Shown: positions 10,704-21,198, counted from the first letter of the stretch. The stretch is 64,000 nucleotides of DNA from Pelagomonas calceolata (GCA_918797485.1 CAKKNE010000005.1:3472001-3536000), one strand, 5' to 3'. The notes: generated by a model from the letters alone, not told the origin. Program-made: numbers and translations.

Positions 10704-11546
10704 ATGCATCGCTTTGCTCTCGTGATTTCCACTGTTGCCGCCTTCGCGCCGGCGCCGCGCATTTCGCGGCCGTTGTCGCGTGTCGGCGCGCCGGTCCCCG
10801 TCGCGACCGCGCGCGTCCAGCCGACCCTGGCGGCGAAACTGCCCGGCGCGGAATTTGACGGATGCGTCGCCGTGCAAGGTTCGTGGCTCGCCGTCTGTCG
10901 AGCGCTGCGTAGAAATCAATTGCAACGCGCTACACGTCATCGACGCGATGTTGGCCCCGTGGAACTCACTGGTTTGTTGCGCACAGATTATGGCTACATG
11001 TGGCTCTCCGCGAGCCTGCCCTCGGACGCCTCAGAAAACCAGAAGACCTGGGCGACACGGTGTTTTCTCAACATGCACGAGCAGGCGCCCGCGTTCCTCG
11101 CCGCGTTCTGGACGCACGCGATCTTCGCGTCGCCCGCGCGAGCGGCCCAATGCGGCGCGGTCTACGTCGCGACGCGCGTACGGTCACGACGTGCGAATCA
11201 AAAGCTTCGCCAGGGGTAGCCCGCGCGCCACCGGTCGCTCTCCGCGCAGGTCCTCTACGGCATCCAACGCTTCCACCTGAAGGGCGGCATGAGCGTCAAC
11301 GCCGGCCTCGTATCGACGGTTCCGGGCTACGTGATCAACCTGTACCTCATGACGACCGCCGTGGCCCGGCGCTGCTTCGGAAAAGTTGGCTTCGGCGCCT
11401 CGAAGTGGGCCCCGCTCGCGTTCTTCCCCGTCTGCGTCTCGTTGTTCCTTTTGTCTGGCGTCGTGAATGAGAAGATCAAGGGCCAGTTCGAAGACGCCAA
11501 CGCCAAGTTCCGGCCGGTGCCGCCGGTCCCGGACACGGGGTGCTGA
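10704..11546 (+). CDS. plastid-targeted MAPEG-family membrane protein; introns 10864-10986 (GC-AG) and 11178-11249
   Basis: signal peptide plus AAFAP; RCFLNMHEQAP..F..YVATRVLY after splicing. Confidence 0.7.
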
Positions 11547-11616
11547 GCGCCCCCCTCACGCCGTCGACGCGACACGGATCGAGTAAAAGCATAACTTAGT
11601 AACGCAGGGATGCGTC

Positions 11617-13262
11617 TCAGGCGCGGGCAACGGCAAACGCCTGGTCGATGTCGGCCTTGATGTCTTCGAGGTCCTCGTAGCCCACGGAGATGCGCACGCC
11701 CGCGGGCTTGACGCCGGCCGCGATCTGCTGGTCCGTCGTGAGCTGCTGGTGCGTCGTCGAGGCCGGGTGGATGACGAGCGTGCGCGCGTCGCCGACGTTC
11801 GCGAGGTGGGCGCACATCTTCAGGGCCGTGATGAACTTCTTGCCGCGCTCGCGGGCCTGGTCCTCCGTGTCTCCGGCCAATTCAAACGTGAACACGGAAC
11901 CGAAGCAGCCCGGCCCTGCGCGGGTAGACGGGTCGCGGCGACGGCGTGCGGGAGGGATAGAAATACTCTCGGGACGCCGGAAACCCACGGAAGTACTTTT
12001 TGGCCAGTTCGTGCGACGGGTGCGACGGCAAGGAAATAGACAGGACCGAGCCCTCCTTGACGGCCTCGTGGCCGTTGAGCCATTCCGCCAGAGCGTTCGC
12101 GTTCTCGCAGTGGGCCTTGCAGCGCAGCGACAGCGTCTCCAACCCCTGGATGAGCTGGAAGGCGTTGAAGGGCGCGATACACCCACCCATGTCTCTGAGC
12201 GTCTTGACGCGCGCGAGTAGAATGAAGACGAGGTTGCAGGCGTCGACGCCGAAGATCGGGTGGTTGGCGAAGTCGCCGCCGTGGTACGACTCCTGCGGGC
12301 CCGCGACGAGCGGGTATTTGAGGCTACCGTCGGCCTTCTTCACGCGCCAGTCGAACGACGAGCCGTCCACGATGATGCCACCAATGCTGGTCCCGTGACC
12401 ACCGATCCACTTCGTCGCCGACTCAACAACGATATCCGCCCCCCAGGCCAGCGGCTTGCAGGTCCAGCCGCCCTGCCCAAACGTGTTGTCACACACTATA
12501 GGTATGGAGTTGGTCTTGGCGATCTCGACGTACTTCTCGAAGTCCGGAACTGTGCTGCTGGGATTGGAGATCGTCTCCAGATAAATACACTTCGTATTTT
12601 CATCAATCAGTGACGCGGCTTCGTCGGGATTGGCCGCGTTGAAGAAGCGCGCTTCAATTCCTAAGTTCGCGAAGGAGTACTTGAACTGCGTGTACGTGCC
12701 TCCGTAGAGCTCGGACGACGCCACGAAGTTGTCGCCCGACGACATGAACGTGAGCAGAGCGTGCATCTGCGCCGACTGGCCGCTCGCCACGGCCAAAGCA
12801 TTGGGCAAAGTCGTCGCGTTGTCGCAATCCCCATGAGCCTTGCAGGGCGCGCCCTCGAGCTTGGCGACCTTGTACTCGAGGACGTGCGTCGTGGGGTTCA
12901 TGAGGCGCGTGTAGATCGGGCCTAATTGACTGAGCTCGAAGAGCGCGCCGCCGTGCTCGGCGGACTTGAACTCGAAGCTTGTGGTCTGGAAGATGGGCGG
13001 CGCTCTGGCTCTGTTGTCCGTGTCTAATTTATGACCGTGGTGCAGCATGCAGGTCGTGAAGCCCTCGCCGGCCACGTACCCTGCGCGCGGCGACGGCGTG
13101 GAGGGCGCGCGCGGCGACGCCGTCGCTCCAAAGTTGCGGGCAGCCTCCGCGGCGCGGCGCCGCGGGCGGGCGCCCGGCGGGGCAGCAATGGGATCCTTTT
13201 GTTAATAAACGCTGGCGCGCGCCGTAGGGCCCGGTCTTTTCGCGGAGTTCGTCGGCTGACAT
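11617..13262 (-). CDS. MET17: O-acetylhomoserine/O-acetylserine sulfhydrylase; introns 13222-13081 (GC-AG) and 11988-11916
   Basis: [26 protein letters not shown] (PLP lysine), [23 protein letters not shown]. Confidence 0.92.
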
Positions 13263-13501
13263 GGTCGTTGTCTGGTCCTTGCTCGCTGTGCAACCTATTT
13301 TGCTTGTGCGCGCTTTATTGGCGGCGCTTTTGTGGATGTTTCCGGTCGGCGAGACAGAATCGGCGCTAGGTCGGGTCCGCGAGGCCGAGGCACGCGCGCG
13401 CCGCGAGGCGTCCGTTGCGACGTTGGCGAGGGCTGGAGCGTGCGCGCAGAGGTGTGGGCGGGGCGGCCTCGCGATTCGCGCGCGCGGCGGGACGCGAGCC
13501 G

Positions 13502-13550
13502 CCCCCAGCCCTGGGCTGGGGCGCCGCCCACTAGTCCTAGCACCGTAACA
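13502..13550. repeat. 49-bp dispersed hairpin/CTAG repeat, copy 1
   Basis: 45/49 identical to 61186-61234. Confidence 0.85.
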
Positions 13551-13592
13551 GATAAAGCCGAGACACTGCAAACTAGACCCACACACACGTTA

Positions 13593-14409
13593 CTACCACC
13601 GCCCCGACACGATCCCCATGCACCCGTTCTCGGCCGAGCACGGGAAGTAGACGTAGCCGCACGTCCTCTCCTCGCACGCCGTCGTCGTGACGGGCTCGTA
13701 CGTCTTCTCGAAGAACTTGGCGCGACCGCTCTTCTTGATCGCCTTCTCGTAGGCCTTGGCGTCCGCCGTGTAGAGGTCCTGGCCGTCCTCCGGTGTCGGC
13801 GTGAATGGTTTCTCATCCAAAATCTCCGTGAGAAATTTCCTGTTCTTGCCGTAGACCTCGGCGGATTCCATGACCTTGCGCGACTGCTCGGCGAGTTTGC
13901 GTTCTTCCGCATCGGCGACCCAGATCACGGTCCGGAACGCATCACCTGCGCGGCGGTCGTGCTGACTGAATCGAGCGGTGAGACCCACACACGCGCCATC
14001 GAGCAATTTGATTTATGCACTGCGCGTCGCCCTCCTCCGACGCGTCCAAGGGAAACTGCGTCGCGCGCGTGGGGTCGACGTGCCGCCAATACACGCCGAG
14101 CAGGGCCTTGTACGAGCACTTGTCCGGGTTGTAGAAGACGCGCAGCGCTCGCGTGTTCGCGGCGTCGTCGACCCGACCGACTTCGGTGCGCGTCACGCCC
14201 TTGTACCGGATCTCGTCGAAGAAGGGCTGCAGGTAGCAGGCCGCGCCGCCGCTGAAGACTGCGGATTTCTCGTCGGCGGCGCGGGCTGGTGCTGGCGTGA
14301 TCGCTGCAGGCAGCAGTGAGGCGGGCAGCAGTGATGCCGTGTTGAGTATGAAGCGGCGTCGCGCCGTCTCGTGCCTGAGAGCATGCAGTCTCATTGCATG
14401 CACTCTCAT
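13593..14409 (-). CDS. divergent MsrA-like methionine sulfoxide reductase with lumen-type leader; intron 14030-13946 (GC-AG)
   Basis: ALRVFYNP..SYKALLGVYWRHVDPT, FRTVIW; twin-Arg-like RRRF..APARA leader. Confidence 0.7.
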
Positions 14410-14571
14410 TGTATGCACGGTGGCCAGAATGGCTGTAAAACGCCTGCAGCGCATCTCGAATGATCAATGAGACGACTGATAACAACAATTCTATAATATC
14501 ACGATGAATGCGTCTGGTTGAGGGCACCAGGTGATTTGCTCTGCGTGAAACCTAGTGCGTCGAAACGCTAG

Positions 14572-15513
14572 TTACTTCTTACGATTGGGATGCTTCAGAC
14601 ACTTCCCGAGCACCGTCCCGCAGATGCACTTGTGGACGCGCGACAGGCACTTGTGCGACGGGTTGTCGCAGCGGCACCGGTGGACGTGCGCGCGGCACCT
14701 GTGTGGAAACAAAATCTCGGACGCCCCACGCCATCGACGCGACCTCGTCTCGGTAACTGGATCTTTCCACACAGTTCGGCACGGGATCGCCGTCGACGAG
14801 AGCAGGCTGATCATGGTCGTGCAGTTGCAGTTGTGCGCCGTCGCGCGACACGCGGCGAAATTGCCCGTACAACAGGCGCAAAGATGCACCGGCGCGGAGC
14901 ACCGGTCGGGGTGGCCCGACAGACACGTACAAACGTGGTCGGCCCGTTGCGCCGGCGCCTCGCGCGACACGAGCGCCGGCGTCGGGAGCTGCTCGGGCAA
15001 CACGACGCGCATCGCGGACGCCATCGCGCCGAGTTGTTGCCCGCTCATCGAGCCGCGGCCCCAGTTTCTTTTGCGGACGCGTCGCTTCTTCTTCGACGGC
15101 TCGCGGACGCCGCCGTCGTCGTCCACGATCCGTTGCACAAGCTCGGCCTTCTTGCCGCCGACGCGCAGGTTGCGCCGCCGGCAGATCGCCTTCAGTTCGT
15201 CTACCGATCGGGAGGCCAAAGGTACCGCGTCGTCGTCGGACTCGTCGCCGTCGTCTTCCGATTCGTCCTCCGACGATGGCGCCTCGCGCTTGACTGCGGG
15301 TGCAGGCGGCGGAGCAGGCGGCGCGGCGACGGGCGTGGGCGGCGCGGCAGGTGCTGGCGCAGGCGCTGCGGCGGGCGTCTCGATCCGTTCCGGGAGGGCC
15401 GCCGCCTTTTCGCGCGCTCGCGTCCTCGCCGCGGCAGGGTCAAAGCCCTTTTTGATCAACAGTGTGTAGTAGTTCTCCTCGAAGCGAGCCCGGAAGGCGT
15501 CTGTGGTCTCCAT
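14572..15513 (-). CDS. SAP-domain protein with C-terminal Cys/His repeats; intron 14782-14699
   Basis: SVDELKAICRRRNLRVGGKKAELVQRI; repeated CxxxxHxCxC. Confidence 0.75.
   Translation of the reverse strand: METTDAFRARFEENYYTLLIKKGFDPAAARTRAREKAAALPERIETPAAAPAPAPAAPPTPVAAPPAPPPAPAVKREAPSSEDESEDDGDESDDDAVPLASRSVDELKAICRRRNLRVGGKKAELVQRIVDDDGGVREPSKKKRRVRKRNWGRGSMSGQQLGAMASAMRVVLPEQLPTPALVSREAPAQRADHVCTCLSGHPDRCSAPVHLCACCTGNFAACRATAHNCNCTTMISLLSSTAIPCRTVWKDPVTETRSRRWRGASEILFPHRCRAHVHRCRCDNPSHKCLSRVHKCICGTVLGKCLKHPNRKK
14699..14774. mobile_element. introner element (non-autonomous TIR element forming an intron)
   Basis: TIRs CTGTGTGGAAA/TTTCCACACAG; 8-bp flanks CGCGGCAC (14691-98) and TTCGGCAC (14775-82); the TSD supplies the GT and the TIR the AG. 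Confidence 0.85.
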
Positions 15514-15762
15514 GGCGAGAGTTTTGCCAATTTTTGGTGTTTAGGGAAGATCTCCTCGATCGTGCGCGTACACGGGGGAAGTGCCGAAGCTTTGCGTCAA
15601 GGCTCCTCAGGTCGCGCTTGCTGGAGCTCTAAGTCGATTTCGCCTTGAGTCCTAGTATGTCAACGACACTAGTTAACTCGCCTGCGGCCGCCAAGTCTGC
15701 AAGCGCGCGCTGCAACGCGCTGCGACTCTTGACGCATCGAGCGCATCGATAGCATCGTTCAA

Positions 15763-16926
15763 ATGGCGTTCTCCTTCGGCAGCACACCAGCCGCGGCGCC
15801 TGCCTTCGGCGCTACACCCGCCGCGGCCCCTGCGGGCGGCCTATTTGGTGCGCCAGCCGCCGCGCCCGCCGCCGGAGGCTTTTCTTTCGGCGCACCCAAG
15901 CCAGCCGGCTCAGGGCTGTTCGGCGCTGCGCCGGCCCCGGCGCCCGCGGGCGGTCTGTTTGGCGCGACGCCCGCGCCCGCACCCGGCGGCCTATTCGGCG
16001 CAAAACCTGCGTTCGGCGCGACGCCGGCACCCGCTGGAGGCCTCTTCGGGGCGAAACCCGCGTTCGGCGCGCCGGCGCCCGCGGGCGGCCTCTTCGGCAG
16101 CACAACGACCACGGGCTTCGGAGCACCACAACAATCACAGATGCCCCCCGGGAGCCTGACGGCGCCGACCGAGGCGCGGCCACAGGGTTTAGGTGTGGAC
16201 CGCGCGGCGTTCGATCTGAGGGCGGCCATCGCCGAGTACACGGCCCAGGGCCAGCCGAACCCCGACGCGCAGCTCGCGACGCTCTGCTACGATGTCGCCG
16301 CCTCCCAACAAGCGGCGCAATTGCTCCAGAGGCAGCGGCCCGCGTCCGTGCCTCCAGAAAGATGGGCCAAGTTCTCGCTGCACAACCCGGACCCCGACCG
16401 CTGCGTGCCCCAGCCCGTGGTGGGCTTTCAAGCTTTGGCGACGCGCGTCGAGCGAGCCCAACAAGCCCTGGCCAAGAACGAGGAGCTCGCGCGGCAGGTA
16501 CGGGCGAAGGCGGAGGTTTTACTAAGGGCGGCGCGGCTGTCCGACGGTGTTGCGGATGAATTGAGAGCTCGAAACGCTACTCTACAACTGCGGCTATTAC
16601 GTGTCGCGAAGAAGGCCGAGGTCGCGCGGCGCGAGAACATCCCCGTGCATCCGGAGGAGCGGCGGCTCGCGGCGCGGCTGCGCAAACTGGAACACGACGC
16701 GCTCGCGCCGCGCGCGGCACTCGACGCGCTGTCGCGGGAGGCGTCGCGCGGCGCGCCGGCGGCGCGCGCGCCGGCGCTCCCGGCCGAGGACCGGGCGCGC
16801 CTCGAGGCCGCGCTCGAGGCGCAGCACGCGGGCCTCGCGAAGCTGCTGGACGTGGCTAGGGTGGATGCCCGCGACGTGGGCATCATGGCGAAGCTCCGCG
16901 AGAAGTCGGCGGCGCCCCGGCCTTAG
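15763..16926 (+). CDS. NUP54: FG nucleoporin Nup54-like
   Basis: GGLFG/FSFG repeats, then W...NPDP..CVP..VVGF..L..R and a coiled coil. Confidence 0.85.
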   Translation: MAFSFGSTPAAAPAFGATPAAAPAGGLFGAPAAAPAAGGFSFGAPKPAGSGLFGAAPAPAPAGGLFGATPAPAPGGLFGAKPAFGATPAPAGGLFGAKPAFGAPAPAGGLFGSTTTTGFGAPQQSQMPPGSLTAPTEARPQGLGVDRAAFDLRAAIAEYTAQGQPNPDAQLATLCYDVAASQQAAQLLQRQRPASVPPERWAKFSLHNPDPDRCVPQPVVGFQALATRVERAQQALAKNEELARQVRAKAEVLLRAARLSDGVADELRARNATLQLRLLRVAKKAEVARRENIPVHPEERRLAARLRKLEHDALAPRAALDALSREASRGAPAARAPALPAEDRARLEAALEAQHAGLAKLLDVARVDARDVGIMAKLREKSAAPRP

Positions 16927-17006
16927 TTAGTTGCGCTAATACGTGTCTTTAGCAGTGGTGGTAATTCGGCGCGTCCCGGCGGCGTCGACGATGGCGTCGA
17001 AGGACC

Positions 17007-17532
17007 TCAGCACGGGTCCCGCCGCGCCGCGGCCAGGTCTTCGTCCCAACTCGCATTCGTCGAGGGCTTCGGGCGCAGCGCGACGACGTCCGGGGTCATC
17101 GCGACGACGTCGTAGTACTTCCGGAGCACGGCATTGTTCCGTTTGCCGATGCGCCGCTTGCCAGCCGCGTTTAGCGTGTAGGACGCGGTGACGTGGGGGA
17201 GCCAGCGGCGCGGCGTCGCGAGCTGGTTCCGGGAGTAGTGGAGCGCGAGGTAGCGTTGCGCGTTTTGTAGAAAGACCGTGCCTCCCGCGGCGACGTGCGC
17301 GTGCGCCTCCAGCAGACAGGCCACGCGGAAGCGCCCGGCGACGAGGACGACGTCGTACTTGTCGGTGCCGTGAATCGCCTTTGTATACGGCAAAAAGGCG
17401 TCAAACTCGGAATCGTCGGCCGCGTCCGTCGTCGCCGGGCGACGACGGCGCGCAACAGCAGCAGCAGAGGTAGTCGCAGATGATGGAGCCGATGCAGTCG
17501 ACGATACAGTCGCAGGGGTCGAAGCCTATCAT
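17007..17532 (-). pseudogene. 43-aa Cys-rich micro-ORF (17532-17401) overlapping an ATG-less methyltransferase-like fragment
   Basis: MIGFDPCDCIVDC..LCCCCC; second frame YDVVLVAGRFRVAC; a one-base shift near 17425-17435 would join them. Confidence 0.4.
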
Positions 17533-18067
17533 TGATCAGGACACGCGGGCTCGCGTCGGATGTAGGACTAGCAAATAAGTTTTCAGACTTTCAGAGTGAT
17601 TTTTGGCGCGAGACTTGCACGCCGCGACGTTGTGCGTTTGTGGCGTGTCTATGGGTATGTTGTCCTTGCTTCTAGCGGCCTGACGCCGTGGTTTGCGCTT
17701 GGTTAAACTCGCCTGCAAAAACCCGTGCCCTCACCACCAGAGGCTGGCTGGCACAGAGGCCCCAGCCATGCACGGCTCTGGCGACGCGCTGCGAGTGCAA
17801 TTCAACCGTCCTCGTCTGCGCAACACAACCCGCACTCGACCCAAGTTTCAGCAATATCCGCTGCACAAAGCACCATGAACGCACACTGCCGCGTCCGGAT
17901 GGCCTTCGTAGTCCAATGGCGGCCCCACGACAACCGCCTGCACCAGCTCGCGAGAGCTCTTTGCATCACGCGCACTCCTTGGGCTGAGCGAACCGCAGAG
18001 GCCTCCATGGCCATCCAAGAAGAGCGCTAGGGCCGCCGCGGCCGCACGCCGTCGACGCGGACGCTGC

Positions 18068-18980
18068 ATGCGCTCACCGCACGCCATCGCCGCAACACTC
18101 GCAAACACGCAGGCCCTCGTCGTCGCGCTCGCGCTCGCGCCCGCCGCGGCGTTCGTCGGCCCGGCGCCGGCCGCGCCGTCGACGGTCATGAAGGAGTCGC
18201 TCGGCGACCTCAAGGCGCTCCAGAAGTCGCTGCCCGGCCCGCCGAACGACTACTTCGACCCGCTGAACCTCGCGACGATGACCTTCGACTGGGGGCCGCA
18301 GGGCGAGGAGGCCACCATCGGCTGGCTGCGCCACTCCGAGATCAAGCACGGCCGCGTCGCCATGGCCGGCTTCCTCGGCTTCATCGCCCACTGCACGCCC
18401 ATCGTGTCCGGCGAGCACAAGTTCCTGCCCTACCGCGGCTACGTCGCGGGCGTCACGCCGCAGGAGCAGTGGGACAACATCCCGCTCATCGGCAAGCTCC
18501 AGATCCTCATCGCCATCGGCATGCTCGAGTCGTACGGCGAGGGCGCCGGCGACCCGGCGGGCTACACGCACTACATGAAGGGCGGCAAGCCGGGCTACTA
18601 CCCGCCGATCGCGGGCCGCGCCGGCTTCGGCCAGGTGACCCTCAACTTGTGGCGCGCGGCGGCGTCTGCTCGCGTCCTTCGGTCGACCGTTCCCGCTCCG
18701 TGACCGTGGGTACCCCACCGGTACGCCATCGACTCATCACGCCATCGCTCCACGTAGGGACCCGTTCAACCTCGTCCAGAACAACTCGGCGGAGAAGAAG
18801 GCGCGTGGCCTCAAGTCCGAGATCCTCAACGGCCGCGCGGCGATGGTCGGCCTCATGGGCCTCCTCAGCGCGTCGTCGGTGCCGGGCTCCGTGCCCTTCC
18901 TCGCGGGCATCGAGGGCTTCCCGCAGTACTCGGGCAACGTCATGGTGCCCTTCTCGAACGACTTCTCGCTCTTCGCGTAG
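18068..18980 (+). CDS. light-harvesting (fucoxanthin-chlorophyll) protein; intron 18652-18757 (GC-AG); start uncertain, possibly an ATG exon at 17876 spliced to 18113
   Basis: YFDPL, WLRHSEIKHGRVAM, LWDPF, SEILNGRAAM. Confidence 0.9.
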
Positions 18981-19136
18981 ATTGCGTCGTGATGGACTTT
19001 TCGCCGGTGCGCCTCGGGACGGTGTGCGCACGGTAAGACTGTGTCTTTTATCTTGTTGCCGTCCCGCCGCGGTGGCGTTAATGGCGTCGTGAGTGAGGGA
19101 GTGCGCCGTTCTCAGGCTCAGTTTAGTTTCAGGCTC

Positions 19137-19191
19137 GCTCAGGCTCAGGCTTGTTACGTCGCGGGGTCCCCGTACCCCTCCCGCTCCCCCC
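19137..19191. repeat. 55-bp dispersed repeat, G-run-rich on the minus strand, copy 1
   Basis: near-identical to 33852-33907. Confidence 0.85.
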
Positions 19192-19316
19192 GTTTTTTTG
19201 CTAGTGTCTCACATGCCGCTAGCAGTCCTCGCGAGCGCGAGTCACACAAGTCCTCTCCTTCTTGCACGCGGACCAGCGCGCCCACACAACACCTTACAGC
19301 CGCAGCGCATACAACC

Positions 19317-19484
19317 ATGGCCTCGAAGCGCGCCAAGAACGCCGCCAAGCTCAAGAAGCTCGGCGCCAAGGCCGTCGAGGTGCTGCGCCCCGTGCTGTAC
19401 TACGGCTTCCTCCCCACGGTGATCCTCATCGGCATGCGCACGGAGCCGCGCCCGTCCCTCGGCGACCTCTTCACGCTCACGTAA
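19317..19484 (+). CDS. TOM7: mitochondrial import receptor subunit Tom7 (55 aa)
   Basis: RPVLYYGFLPTVILIGM..PRPS..L matches the Tom7 H/YYGFIP..I..GM signature. Confidence 0.85.
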   Translation: MASKRAKNAAKLKKLGAKAVEVLRPVLYYGFLPTVILIGMRTEPRPSLGDLFTLT

Positions 19485-19489
19485 AAGCA

Positions 19490-20203
19490 ATGGCGCCGAT
19501 ACACGACGCCATCAGGGCGGGCGACGTCGAAGCGGTCCGGCGAGAGCTGGCCGCAGGCGTGTCCCCTGACCTTCGAGCCAAAACCCTCAATTCATTTCCC
19601 TATGATCTGCCCAATTCAATTCCCGTATGGACGCCGCTCTGCATCGCTCTTGTATACAGAGAGAGTTATGAATCAGCACTAGAGATGGTGTTGCTGCTGA
19701 TAGAAGCAGGAGCTGATGTAGACGCAGTATGTGATGCTGACGATGCTGACGCTTTTCGTTATACAGCGATCTGGTTGGCAGCGCACAGTGGTAGAAGGAA
19801 CCTCGTAGCCGCGTTGATCGCCGCGGGCGCGTCAACGTCGCTCCACGTGGAAGGAGGATCCTACCCCGCACGCCGGCCTGTGGAACTCAATTTTAATGGC
19901 CATGGCTATTTTGGCCATCAGTTGCATATCCTTTGGCAGCTCTTGCGGGCTGGCTCTCCGCTCCCGCGTTTGGATCGAGCGAAGTGGATGCAGCCAGATA
20001 CTTCTAGTACTTCTAGTACTAGTAAGTTTAACGCCGCCGCCGTCGACTACGTGAACGCCGTCGCCGCGGCCGGCGGCTACGTGCCCTACGAGAAGGCGCA
20101 TCGCGCGAAACTCGCAGCGATCTTCGCGCCAAAATTCACGTGGGTCCCGGCCGAGATCATCCCGACCATCGTCGCGTTCTGGGCACACTTGGGCCACCCC
20201 TAG
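19490..20203 (+). CDS. ankyrin-repeat protein
   Basis: PIHDAIRAGDVEAV, TPLCIA..LLIEAGADVD, TAIWLAA..LIAAGA; ATG 5 nt after the TOM7 stop. Confidence 0.8.
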   Translation: MAPIHDAIRAGDVEAVRRELAAGVSPDLRAKTLNSFPYDLPNSIPVWTPLCIALVYRESYESALEMVLLLIEAGADVDAVCDADDADAFRYTAIWLAAHSGRRNLVAALIAAGASTSLHVEGGSYPARRPVELNFNGHGYFGHQLHILWQLLRAGSPLPRLDRAKWMQPDTSSTSSTSKFNAAAVDYVNAVAAAGGYVPYEKAHRAKLAAIFAPKFTWVPAEIIPTIVAFWAHLGHP

Positions 20204-20229
20204 GAGGAGAGTAACTGACTGTGCTATAC

Positions 20230-21198
20230 TTAGTTTCCACTGGTAGCGCCTCGTCGAGCGTTCCGCCGCGCGTTCTTCAGCGCGTCCTTTTGCGCCTTCA
20301 CCTCGGCGGCCTTCTTCTCCTCGGCCTCGGCGCGCGCCTGCTCGATCCGCAGGAGCTCCTGCGCCCGGGCCTGCGCGATGGCGTGGACCGCGCGCTGCGT
20401 GTCGAGCGGCGGCACCAATTCGCAGACGGGCTTGGCCGTCCGCTCCGCCTCCGGCAGCCGCGCCGCGAGGCCCGGCGGCATCGGCCAGCACTTGAAGCGC
20501 GGCCCGAAGTTGAGGCGGAACGTGCCCGTGCGGAAGACCGACGCCGCCGCGCGGTAGGCGCCCGGCGGGATGTTCTCGAAGGCGACGCCCTGGTCCCTGC
20601 CGTTCCTGAAGTAGCGCACGTAGTTGCCCTGGGGCTTCTTGGGGTCCTTCGGGAACGCCGAGTCGTCGGCGGGATGGTCCGACTCGATGTCCTCGAGCTC
20701 GTCGCTCTGGAAGTTGATCAAACAACCGATGATGTCCCCCGCTTTATAAGGCTCGTTCGCCTGGTCCACGCGATGCGACGCGTGCACCAACGACCCTTCG
20801 ATGTTCCTATAACCGAACGAATACCGGTCCATGCCACACGGACCTTGCAAATCGGCCTTCTTGTGCGCGAAGCCCACGCGATACGCCGCGTCTTGCGCCG
20901 CCACCTTGTCCTTGTCGATGTGCACCTCGTAGTACCAGCAGCCCGTGTCCGTGCCGTGCGACGCGCGCGCCATGCGGTAGCCGCCGCCCATCGCGTCGGT
21001 CCCGGTGATCTGCTTGCCCTTTAATCTAAGCGCGCTCGCCTTGTCGATCTTCACGACCTCGGGCACGAAGTCCCGCGGTTGGCCCGCTCTTGCCTTTCCG
21101 CGGCCTCTCGCTTTGCCTTTGCCGCGGCCGCGCCCGCCGGTGCGCGCGCGTTTTGTCGGGCGCTGGTACCCGCCGTCGGTGCGCGAGCCGGGGCCCAT
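20230..21198 (-). CDS. ASH2L: SPRY-domain COMPASS subunit Ash2/Bre2-like
   Basis: GYRMARASHG..G.WYYEV, LQGPCGMDRYSFGYR, GDIIGCLI, FRNGRDQGVAF, LNFGP. Confidence 0.8.
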   Translation of the reverse strand: MGPGSRTDGGYQRPTKRARTGGRGRGKGKARGRGKARAGQPRDFVPEVVKIDKASALRLKGKQITGTDAMGGGYRMARASHGTDTGCWYYEVHIDKDKVAAQDAAYRVGFAHKKADLQGPCGMDRYSFGYRNIEGSLVHASHRVDQANEPYKAGDIIGCLINFQSDELEDIESDHPADDSAFPKDPKKPQGNYVRYFRNGRDQGVAFENIPPGAYRAAASVFRTGTFRLNFGPRFKCWPMPPGLAARLPEAERTAKPVCELVPPLDTQRAVHAIAQARAQELLRIEQARAEAEEKKAAEVKAQKDALKNARRNARRGATSGN

